Source of the DNA: Myxococcota bacterium
GTDB lineage: Bacteria > Myxococcota_A > UBA9160 > UBA4427
DNA: 64,000 nucleotides
Assembly (NCBI GenBank): GCA_965250285.1
Contig: OZ252299.1
Span: forward strand, 1,408,001-1,472,000
Reading direction: 5' to 3'
Below, piece by piece: positions 55,741-64,000 of this stretch (its first letter is position 1; each line of letters opens with the position of its first letter). The notes beneath the pieces are model-generated. The model was not told the origin of the DNA. It saw only the letters and a program-made list of their open reading frames with translations, and did not search any database. The position numbers and the translations under genes are program-made.

Positions 55741-56457
55741 ATGCAGGTACAGGAAGACCGCCGAAGACAGCTCTTCACCGAAGCGAATCGAGCCCGCTCG
55801 AAGGGGCGCGTGCAACGCGCGATCGGGATGTTCCGCGAGCTGCTCTGCGAGGATCCGGGCGATCTCGATGTTCTGCTCCGACTGGCGCCGCTGCTCGCGC
55901 GAGAAGGCGAGGGCTTCGAGGCCTGGTCTCTCTATCGGCGCGCCTGCAAGTCGCTGCTGAGCGCCGGCCGTCATGAGGCCTGTCTGGCGGCGTTTCGGGA
56001 AGCGAACCGGGTGCTGCCCTTCGAGTTCGAAGGCTGGCGACTGACGTCGGAGCTCGAGCGCAAACTCGGCCGAGACCGCGAGGCATTCGAGACCCTGCTC
56101 GAAGGACGTCGCCAGTTCAGGACCCGATTCGTGCGCGCCCAGGCGATCGCGCTGCTCGAGCTCGCGCGTGAGATCCACGCGTGGGATCACGACGTCGTGC
56201 TCGACCTCGCGCGGCTCTACGTGCAGACCGGGCAGATCGCCCAGGCCCTGCGGCTGCTCGACGGCGCACTCGCGCAGGCGACGCCGACGCAGATGGCGGA
56301 CGTCCGCTGGGCGCAGCTGCAGGCGACGCGCTCCCCCCGCTACTTCTGGCTGTGGCTTCGGCACGCGATCCACCGGGGCGCGGCGCGCGACGCGGGCGAT
56401 GAGTCGAACCTGGCGAACCCGTCGGCGGATCCACCGGTCCTCGCGCGCGTGCCCTGA
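55741..56457 (+). CDS. TPR-like repeat protein
   Basis: Helical repeats (A...F...L..DP; LA.LY..G...A). Confidence 0.7.
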   Translation: MQVQEDRRRQLFTEANRARSKGRVQRAIGMFRELLCEDPGDLDVLLRLAPLLAREGEGFEAWSLYRRACKSLLSAGRHEACLAAFREANRVLPFEFEGWRLTSELERKLGRDREAFETLLEGRRQFRTRFVRAQAIALLELAREIHAWDHDVVLDLARLYVQTGQIAQALRLLDGALAQATPTQMADVRWAQLQATRSPRYFWLWLRHAIHRGAARDAGDESNLANPSADPPVLARVP

Positions 56458-56582
56458 CTCGGCCGGGGCGTTCATCTTCCTTTGCGATCGGTCAATCGTC
56501 GACGTGCGCGGCGCCGATCCGGTAGGGCCGGCGCCGATCCGGTCGGGCGGGCGGCGACCGGGCCGGCGACTATCCTGTTCGC

Positions 56583-58625
56583 ATGCACGGAGTCGATCGC
56601 CGCCCTCCGCGCCGCGCGCGCTCGCTCGGCCTTTTAGGCGGTCTGCTTGTGGCCGCACTCGCTTCGCTCTGGGTCGCCTGCGGCGACGGCCCGCCCGCCG
56701 CTGCGACCCGCGGCGGCGTGCTCGCGCCGCCGGCCGGCTGGAGAACAGTCGGCGGTGACCCCGGCGGCCGACGCTACTCGCCGCTCGACGATGTCACACC
56801 CGACAACGTGCACCGCCTCGAGCGGATCTGGACCGCGCGCATCGGTCGTCCGACGATCGACGGCGCGCTCGAGGGCAAGACCGCGCTGCAGACGACTCCG
56901 ATCCTGCACGGGGATCGCCTCTTCCTTTGTACGCCCGACAATCGGATCCTCGCGCTCGACGCGGCGACCGGCGATGAGATCTGGCGCTTTTCCGCCGATC
57001 CGGTGTTCGAGAGCGGCTGGACCGCGACGTGCCGCGGCGTGGCCCTGTGGGAGGGGGCGGCGGCGCCGGCCGCGCGACGCTGTCGCACGCGCGTCTTCAT
57101 GGGAACGATCGACGCGCGCCTCGTGGCCGTCGACGCCGAGACCGGTGCAGCCTGCGACGACTTCGGTGAGGGCGGCGCAATCTCACTGTTGACGGGGCTC
57201 GGTGACGTTTTGCCGGGCGAGTACTACATGACGTCGGCGCCGACGGTGGCGGGCGACGTCGTCATCACCGGGGCGCTGGTCGCCGACAACCGGCGCGTCG
57301 ATCCACCGGGCGGCGTGGTGCGCGCATTCGATGTGCAGACCGGGGCGCTCGTCTGGGCCTTCGACCCCGTGCCGCCGGGAACGCCGCCGCTGCCGGCGGG
57401 TGAAGCGGGCGAGCCGAGCTTTCACCGCGGCACGCCCAACGTCTGGTCGATGCCTTCGGTCGACGTCGAGCGCGAGCTCGTCTTCTTGCCGTTCGGCAAC
57501 CCGAGCCCCGACTTCTACGGCGGTTTGCGGCAGGGCTTCGATCACTACGGCAGCTCGGTCGTCGCGCTCGACGCGCGCAGCGGCGACGTGGTCTGGCACT
57601 TTCAGACCGTGCACCACGATCTGTGGGACTACGACGTTTCGTCGCAGCCCATGTTGATCGACGTTCCGGTCGACGGCACCCGCCGACCCGCGGTGGTGCA
57701 GCTCACGAAGATGGGCCACGTCTTCGTCCTCGATCGCGAGACCGGCGTGCCGTTGTTCGCGGTCGAGGAACGTCCGGTGCCCCAGACCGACGTGCCCGGT
57801 GAGACGACGTCGCCGACGCAGCCCTTTCCGACGCATCCGCCGCCGCTGCATCCCGAGCCACTGACGGCCGACGATCTGTTCGGCTTCACGCCCTTCGATC
57901 GGGCCGGTTGCCGGGCGCGGCTCGCGTCGCTGCGCAACGAGGGCATCTTCACGCCGCCGAGTATCGCGGGCAGCGTGCTGTACCCGGGCACGGCGGGTGG
58001 CAACAATTGGGGCGGTGGGGCGTGGGACCCCGAGCGCGGACTGCTGGTGGTCACGCAGAATCGGATCGGTCAGTCGATCCGATTGATCCCCCGCGAAGAG
58101 GCGCCCTCGAAGAAGGATCGCCAGGGCGTCGGGCTGCAAGAGGGCGCGCCGTTCGCGGCGAAGAGTGAGGTGCTCATGTCGCCCTTCGGCGCGCCGTGCT
58201 CGCCGCTGCCGTGGGGATCGATTCTCGCCGTCGACCTCGAGGCGGGTGAGGTCGTGTGGGAGCGGCCCTTCGGAACGACCCGCGACATGACGCCGCTGCC
58301 CGTCGGGCTCGAGGTCGGGCTCCCGAGCATGGGTGGGCCGATCGTGACCGCAGGTGGGGTGGTGTTCATCGGCGCCGCAATGGACGACTACCTGCGCGGC
58401 TACGACGTCGAGACCGGTGAGGAGGTCTGGCGCGAACGATTGCCTGCCGGCGCCCAGGCGACGCCGATGACGTACCGGCTCGAGCCCGGCGGGCTGCAGA
58501 TGCTCGTGATCGCGGCGGGCGGGCACGCCACCATGGGCACGACGCTCGGCGACCATGTCATCGCGTGGGCGCTGCCTGAAGACGCAGTCGAGGCGGCTGG
58601 GGTTGCTCCGGGACAGGCCCCGTGA
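56583..58625 (+). CDS. PQQ-dependent dehydrogenase (glucose/quinate/shikimate family), lipoprotein-anchored
   Basis: RYSPL..TPDNV..L, CRGV, FQTVHHDLWDYD, GGNNWGG, QATPMTY; WVAC lipobox. Confidence 0.93.
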   Translation: MHGVDRRPPRRARSLGLLGGLLVAALASLWVACGDGPPAAATRGGVLAPPAGWRTVGGDPGGRRYSPLDDVTPDNVHRLERIWTARIGRPTIDGALEGKTALQTTPILHGDRLFLCTPDNRILALDAATGDEIWRFSADPVFESGWTATCRGVALWEGAAAPAARRCRTRVFMGTIDARLVAVDAETGAACDDFGEGGAISLLTGLGDVLPGEYYMTSAPTVAGDVVITGALVADNRRVDPPGGVVRAFDVQTGALVWAFDPVPPGTPPLPAGEAGEPSFHRGTPNVWSMPSVDVERELVFLPFGNPSPDFYGGLRQGFDHYGSSVVALDARSGDVVWHFQTVHHDLWDYDVSSQPMLIDVPVDGTRRPAVVQLTKMGHVFVLDRETGVPLFAVEERPVPQTDVPGETTSPTQPFPTHPPPLHPEPLTADDLFGFTPFDRAGCRARLASLRNEGIFTPPSIAGSVLYPGTAGGNNWGGGAWDPERGLLVVTQNRIGQSIRLIPREEAPSKKDRQGVGLQEGAPFAAKSEVLMSPFGAPCSPLPWGSILAVDLEAGEVVWERPFGTTRDMTPLPVGLEVGLPSMGGPIVTAGGVVFIGAAMDDYLRGYDVETGEEVWRERLPAGAQATPMTYRLEPGGLQMLVIAAGGHATMGTTLGDHVIAWALPEDAVEAAGVAPGQAP

Positions 58626-58688
58626 GAATCGAGTCGCAACGACCAGGGGCGTGGTCGGGTGGTGTTCGGGGGCCGATGGAGGCGCGGC

Positions 58689-61400
58689 GAGCTCGGCGCC
58701 GCCGCTAGAATGCGCTTTGTGATGACTCGACGATCTCGATGGGTGCGGCGCCTCGGCCTGGGCGCGCTCTGCATGGCCTTGGGCCTGTTCCTCTTCGCCC
58801 TGCCGGCGTCTTCGCAAGACGCGGCGCCGGCCAACGGGGGCTCCGCCGCGCCGTCCCCGGCGCCGTCTTCCGAGCCCGAGATCCTGCCCATCGCCGTCGA
58901 GCAGATCGGCGTCGAGAGCGAGAAGCAGAAGCGGCAGATCGCCGAGGCCCTGGCTTCCCAGGAGCCGACCGAGGCCATCGCGGCGGTCACGGCCGAGATC
59001 CCCGAGCGCGCGGCCGACGTCGAGCGCTTGCTAGCCGTGTCGAACGAGCTGCTCAGCCGCGACCCGAACCTCGTCGAGGTCGATCAGATCCGTCAGGAGT
59101 GGCGGGCGCTGCTCGAGCAGCTCGACGAGATGCAGGACGAGCTCGGCGAGCGTGCGTCGTACATCGGGCGCATGCGTGATTCGCTCGAGGAGAAGCGCGA
59201 GATCTGGCTGCTGACCGCCGAGGCGGCGGCCGAGGCCGGCGAAGAAGCCTCGGTGCAAAAGCAGATCTCGGCGGTCCTGGCCCAGGTCGATGCGGCCCTC
59301 GACGCAGCGAAGGCGCGGCAGGGTGAGGTCTCGTCGCTGCAGAGTGAGGTGGCGGGTCTCTCCGAGGCGGCGCGCGCCGACATCGGCCAGTTGATGAAGG
59401 TGCGGCGCACACTCGTCGGTCGCGTGTTCGAACGAGATCGGATCCCGATGTGGGAGCCCGCGTTCTTCGAGATCCTGACCTTCGAGGAAGTTCGCGACCG
59501 ACTGAAAGACCACTGGGGTCGCGAAGTCGCTGCGCTCAGCCGCTTCGCCGATCAGCATCGCGAGCGGCTGATCGTGCACTTCATCGGCACGCTGGCGCTC
59601 TGTGCCTTCACGGTCGCGGCCCGGCGTCGCATCCGGCGATTCCACGACCAGGTCGACGATGCCGACGACGATCCGGCGCTCGACCACATGGACGCCGTCT
59701 TCGAGCATCCGATCGCCCTCGCGTTCCTGCTCTCGCTGTTCGTCGGGCTGTGGGGCTACCGCGAGATCCCGCCTCTGGCTGCACCCGTCGTCGGCGCGAC
59801 GGCGCTGCTCCCGGCCGTGGTCATCCTGCGCGGTCTGGTGCCGCCGCCGGTGCGACCGGTGCTGTACGTGCTGCTCGCGCTCTACTTCATCGGTCGGCTG
59901 AACGAGGCAGTGGCGCCGCTGCCGGGGCTGCCGAGGCTCGTCTTCATCGCCGAGATGGCGGTGTTCCTCTCGCTCGTGATGTGGTGGCGACGCCCGGCTC
60001 GATTGAAGGACGTGCCCGCATCGCTGCGTGGCTCGGCTCCCTTCCGCTGGCTGGCGTTCGGTCTTCGGCTCGCCGTGTTCGCGGCGCCGGCGGCGATCCT
60101 GGCCGAGATCGCGGGGTACACCGCGCTCGCGCGTCTGCTCGGGGGCACGCTGCTCACTGCAGGCTACGCGGGCATGATGCTGTACGGATCGGTCGTCGCG
60201 ACCGACGGCCTCGTCGCCTTCCTGCTCCGCGTCCGGCCGCTGGCGATGACGGGGATGGCCCAGCGACATCGACTCCTGGTCGCTCACTACGTCGAGCGCA
60301 TCGTTCGCTGGCTCGCGGTGGGCCTCTTCGTGTGGGTGCTGCTCGTGCGGCTCGAGATCGTCGACACGGTCTGGGAGGCGATCGTCACGATCTGGGATTT
60401 CGCGATCCCGCTGATCGCGATCCAGATCACGGTCGGATCGATCATCGAGTTCATCGTGATCGTTCGGCTCACGTTCCTGGCCGCGCGCTTCATCGAGTTC
60501 ATGCTCGACGAAGAGGTCTACACCCGCGTGCGGATGGCGAAGGGACAGCCCTATGCCGTCTCGACGCTCACCCGCTACATGGTCCTCTTTGCGGGCTTCA
60601 TGCTGGCGATCTTTGCGCTCGGGATCGACGTGAATCGCTTCACGATCCTGGCCGGTGCGTTCGGCGTGGGCATCGGCTTCGGTCTCCAGACCGTCGTCAA
60701 CAACTTCGTCTCGGGGATCATTCTGCTGACGGAGCAGCCCGTTCAGGTCGGCGATACGATCGAGCTCGAGGGCGTGTTCGGCGAGGTGCAGCGGATCGGG
60801 ATCCGTTCGAGCACCGTCCGAACGTGGCAGGGCGCCGAAGTCATCGTGCCGAACGCACAGCTCGTGAGCGAGCAGGTCACGAACTGGACGCTCTCGGACG
60901 ATCGCCGCCGCATCGAAGTGCCGATCGGCGTGGCGTACGGCACCGATCCCGAGCGGGTCATCGCGATCCTCGAACAGGTCGCCTCGGGCCACGAGCACGT
61001 GCTCGTCGACCCCGCGCCGCTGGCGCTCTTCACGGCGTTCGGAGACAGCGCGCTCGAGTTCGAGCTGCGCTGCTGGACCGATTTGACCGGGCGCTACATG
61101 CAGATTCGAAGTCAGATCGCGGTCGCGGTCGATCACGCGCTCGCCGACGCCGGCATCACGATCCCGTTCCCCCAGCGCGATCTGCACATCGCGAGCGTGC
61201 GCCCGGCCGCGGTCGACGGTCTCGCGCGCTTGAGCGAGGCGCACGGGCAGGCCGACGGCGTCACGGCGGCCGACGCCGCGCGCGAGGGCGAGGGCGGGGG
61301 CGAGGGCGCCGCCGGTCGCGACGCCCCGCGGCGGTCCGCGCCGCGCGGGTCCCAGGCGCCCTCGGCCGCGTGGGACGGCGACGAGGGCGACATGGAGTGA
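58689..61400 (+). CDS. Large MscS/MscK-like mechanosensitive channel
   Basis: Periplasmic coiled coil, TM region, GVGIGFGLQ.VVNNFVSG, IGIRSS, IPFPQRDLH. Confidence 0.93.
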   Translation, partial: ELGAAARMRFVMTRRSRWVRRLGLGALCMALGLFLFALPASSQDAAPANGGSAAPSPAPSSEPEILPIAVEQIGVESEKQKRQIAEALASQEPTEAIAAVTAEIPERAADVERLLAVSNELLSRDPNLVEVDQIRQEWRALLEQLDEMQDELGERASYIGRMRDSLEEKREIWLLTAEAAAEAGEEASVQKQISAVLAQVDAALDAAKARQGEVSSLQSEVAGLSEAARADIGQLMKVRRTLVGRVFERDRIPMWEPAFFEILTFEEVRDRLKDHWGREVAALSRFADQHRERLIVHFIGTLALCAFTVAARRRIRRFHDQVDDADDDPALDHMDAVFEHPIALAFLLSLFVGLWGYREIPPLAAPVVGATALLPAVVILRGLVPPPVRPVLYVLLALYFIGRLNEAVAPLPGLPRLVFIAEMAVFLSLVMWWRRPARLKDVPASLRGSAPFRWLAFGLRLAVFAAPAAILAEIAGYTALARLLGGTLLTAGYAGMMLYGSVVATDGLVAFLLRVRPLAMTGMAQRHRLLVAHYVERIVRWLAVGLFVWVLLVRLEIVDTVWEAIVTIWDFAIPLIAIQITVGSIIEFIVIVRLTFLAARFIEFMLDEEVYTRVRMAKGQPYAVSTLTRYMVLFAGFMLAIFALGIDVNRFTILAGAFGVGIGFGLQTVVNNFVSGIILLTEQPVQVGDTIELEGVFGEVQRIGIRSSTVRTWQGAEVIVPNAQLVSEQVTNWTLSDDRRRIEVPIGVAYGTDPERVIAILEQVASGHEHVLVDPAPLALFTAFGDSALEFELRCWTDLTGRYMQIRSQIAVAVDHALADAGITIPFPQRDLHIASVRPAAVDGLARLSEAHGQADGVTAADAAREGEGGGEGAAGRDAPRRSAPRGSQAPSAAWDGDEGDME

Positions 61401-61422
61401 CGCGCCGACGCCCCGGCCCGGC

Positions 61423-61833
61423 CTAATCGCGCCGCTTCGGCTCCATGCCCGGCGCGAAACCGGCGTGCTGCGGCGCTTCGTCGCAGATCTCGTACCACGG
61501 CGCCTTCGACTCGAGGTTCAGGTGCATGGCCGGTGCGACGGTCGGTTCGTCGTCGAGCGTGGTCACGATCAGCATCGTGACGCCGGGGTGTTCTTCGGAG
61601 CGATTGAAGAGCCGGGTCCCGCAAGCTCGACAGAAGTAGCGTCCGACGTGGCGCGCGACCTGGTCTTCGCCCCGGCGAATCTCGAAGGCCGCATCGGGCA
61701 CCGGCGTCGTGGTGACGAACGCCGCGCCATGGGCCTTTCGGCAGAACCGGCAGTGGCAGTTGATCAGCAGCGCCGCCTCCGTATCGACTTCGATCTCGAC
61801 GGCATCGCAGATGCAGCGAGCAGTGCGCGGCAT
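61423..61833 (-). CDS. GFA/CENP-V family protein
   Basis: C.C..V...CHC..CRK..G, FC..CGT.L. Confidence 0.92.
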   Translation of the reverse strand: MPRTARCICDAVEIEVDTEAALLINCHCRFCRKAHGAAFVTTTPVPDAAFEIRRGEDQVARHVGRYFCRACGTRLFNRSEEHPGVTMLIVTTLDDEPTVAPAMHLNLESKAPWYEICDEAPQHAGFAPGMEPKRRD

Positions 61834-62062
61834 GACGGGCTCCTCCTCGGCCGATCTCTTCGCGATGAGGCGGCCGTGCGCTCGCGCTCGCCGCATCGGG
61901 GTGAGGCGGTTGCGCGTCTTCGCGTGGCCTCGCCGTGATGAGGCGACCGTGCGTTCTCGCGCGGCGCGGCGCGATCGTGCTCGACGTCGCGCTAGCATGG
62001 CAGTCTGCGAGCACGCCCGCCGCCACCGCGAGTCGGGCCTGGCGCCGAGAGGGGACCCCCGC

Positions 62063-62989
62063 GTGGCCTTCGATTACGTTGCGCTCGGACTCACACTGCT
62101 CGACGTCCTGGGGCGGCCGATCGACGCGGTGCCGGCGACGGGTGAGGTCACGCTGGTCGACGAGATTCGCCTGACGCCGGCTGGGACGGCCGCCGGGCCG
62201 GCGATCGTCGCGGCCGGCCTCGGCCTCGAGACGGCGCTGGTCGGCGCCGTCGGGCGCGACGATCTGGGCCGGATCCTCATCGAGCTGCTCGAGGATCGGG
62301 CGGTCGATCTGGGGGCGATTCAGCACGTCGACGCGCTGCGGACCTCGGCCACGATTCTCACGATCCGCAGCGACGGCGAGCGGCCGGCCTTTCATGCGCC
62401 CGGCGCCAGCCTGCTGCTCGAGCGCGACGCAGCGGTCGACCGCACGTTGGGCGGGGCGCGCTGCCTGCACGTCGGCGGGATCGGGACGCTCCCCAAGCTC
62501 GATGGGGCCCCCCTCGCTGCGCTCCTCGCCGACGCTGTGCCCGACGATGCGATCGTGACCTGTGATCTGATCTCACCCGGCCCGGGGACGGCGGCCGCGC
62601 TCGAGCCGATCCTGGAGCACCTCGATTGGTTCATGCCGACCCTCGATGAGGCGCGCGCCCTGTCGGGGCAGCACGAGCCGCTTGACGTCGCCTCCTGGTT
62701 CGGCGATCGCGGCGTGGGCGGCTGCGTCTTCAAGGCGGGCCGAGAAGGCGCATGGCTCGCGACCGATGGCGCCCTGACGAAGATTGCCGCCCGGTCCGTC
62801 GAGGTGGTCGATACCACCGGGTGCGGCGACGCGTTCTGTGCCGGCTTCGGTGCAGCGCTCGTGCGTGGCTGGGATGCCGAACGTGCCGCACACTTCGGCG
62901 CAGCGACGGCGGCGACGGTGGCCACCGGGCTCGGAACCGACGCGAACATCGTTCCCTTCGATGAGCTGGTCGCGCGCTATGCGCTTTGA
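62063..62989 (+). CDS. PfkB-family carbohydrate kinase
   Basis: AGTAAG, GAVGRDDLG, VDTTGCGDAFCAGF. Confidence 0.93.
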   Translation: MAFDYVALGLTLLDVLGRPIDAVPATGEVTLVDEIRLTPAGTAAGPAIVAAGLGLETALVGAVGRDDLGRILIELLEDRAVDLGAIQHVDALRTSATILTIRSDGERPAFHAPGASLLLERDAAVDRTLGGARCLHVGGIGTLPKLDGAPLAALLADAVPDDAIVTCDLISPGPGTAAALEPILEHLDWFMPTLDEARALSGQHEPLDVASWFGDRGVGGCVFKAGREGAWLATDGALTKIAARSVEVVDTTGCGDAFCAGFGAALVRGWDAERAAHFGAATAATVATGLGTDANIVPFDELVARYAL

Positions 62990-63066
62990 TGCCGTCCGGT
63001 GCACGGGCCGCAGCGAGTTCTCCCTTCCCACTCCCCCCGACAACAAGAGGGATCGACTTGACCGAG

Positions 63067-64000
63067 ATGAGAGAGGACGGGGCGCTGCGCGAGCGAGCGT
63101 TGCGCGTGATTCCGGGCGGCATGTACGGGCACGGTCATGCAGCGATGATGCCCGAGGGCTACCCGCAGTTCTTCGCACGGGGTGAGGGCTGCCGGATCTA
63201 CGACGCCGACGACAACGAGTACATCGACTTCATGTGCGGGTATGGCCCGAACCTGCTCGGCATGGGGCATCCGAAGGTCGAGGAAGCGGCGGCGCGGCAG
63301 CGCGCGCTCGGCGACGCATTCAACGGGCCCACGGCGCGGATGGTCGAGCTCGCCGAGCTGATGGTCGATCGCGTGACGGGCGCCGACTGGGCGCTCTTCG
63401 GCAAGAACGGCACCGACGCCACGACGGGCTGTCTCACCATCGCTCGCAGTGCGACGGAGCGCCGCAAGGTGCTCGTCGCGGAGCATGCGTATCACGGAGC
63501 TGCGCCCTGGTGCACGCCCTCGTCGGCGGGCGTCGTCGATGGCGACCGCGCGCATCTGCTCTACTACGAGTACAACGACCTCGAGAGCGTCGAGCGTGCG
63601 GTGGCCGAGGCCGGGGACGACCTCGCCGGCATCCTCGTCTCGCCCTTCAAGCACGACGCCTTCGACCACCAGGAGCTCGTCGAGCCGGCGTTTGCCAAGG
63701 GCTTGCGTCGCATCTGCGACGACAAGGGCGCTGCGCTGATCCTCGATGACGTCCGGGCCGGGCTTCGCATGCACCATGGCGGCAGCTGGGATCCGCTGGG
63801 CGTGATCCCCGACCTCTCGGCGATGAGCAAGTCGATCGCGAATGGCTACGCGATCGCCGCGATTCTCGGGCGGGAGCCGTATCGCGAGGCGACGAAGCGA
63901 ATCTACATGACGGGCTCGTTCTGGTACGGCGCCGTAGCGATGGCCGCGTCGCTCGCGACCTTCGAGGTGCACCGCGAGGAGGGCGTGCTCGACCGCATCG
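63067..64000 (+). CDS. Class-III aminotransferase (glutamate-1-semialdehyde aminomutase-like), runs off window
   Basis: Read directly from sequence (absent from ORF track): IPGG...GCRIYDADDNEYIDFMCGYGPNLLG.GH, KNGTDAT, YHG, LILDDVRAG, PDLSAMSKSIANG. Confidence 0.92.
   Translation, partial: MREDGALRERALRVIPGGMYGHGHAAMMPEGYPQFFARGEGCRIYDADDNEYIDFMCGYGPNLLGMGHPKVEEAAARQRALGDAFNGPTARMVELAELMVDRVTGADWALFGKNGTDATTGCLTIARSATERRKVLVAEHAYHGAAPWCTPSSAGVVDGDRAHLLYYEYNDLESVERAVAEAGDDLAGILVSPFKHDAFDHQELVEPAFAKGLRRICDDKGAALILDDVRAGLRMHHGGSWDPLGVIPDLSAMSKSIANGYAIAAILGREPYREATKRIYMTGSFWYGAVAMAASLATFEVHREEGVLDRI

Overview
High-GC bacterial chromosome segment; the gene content suggests a Myxococcota/deltaproteobacterial-type organism (inference). 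Bases 1-12072 are the right end of a lower-GC integrated element. It carries a 5'-truncated Rhs toxin, a string of small membrane/lipoprotein ORFs resembling immunity genes (two are paralogues), a secreted ComEC-like MBL hydrolase, a small serine recombinase with a 26-bp invertase-style site, an iteron-rich ori candidate and a RepA/AAA_25 helicase. It ends in a 3' tRNA(Ala-like) att fragment, followed by an intact tRNA-Arg(CCG) with a partial duplicate. The remainder is host DNA: trkAH, a sulfotransferase/DUF1214/cupin/BVMO operon, SDRs, P450, transporters, a PQQ dehydrogenase and MscS. Two loci stand out. (1) Three tandem, mosaic paralogues of an unrecognised Cys-rich secreted protein with a PEP-CTERM-like VP-TM-RRR tail; each has its own perfect sigma-54 promoter, shared palindromic enhancer-like boxes and a terminator, next to a TonB-dependent receptor, a putative OM barrel and a GT-C-like glycosyltransferase. 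(2) A divergent glutamine-scavenging module: DcaP porin plus signal-peptide-bearing glutaminase, and GltS coupled to an orphan TAXI binding protein with no TRAP permease. All protein calls come from motif recognition by eye; no database searches were run.
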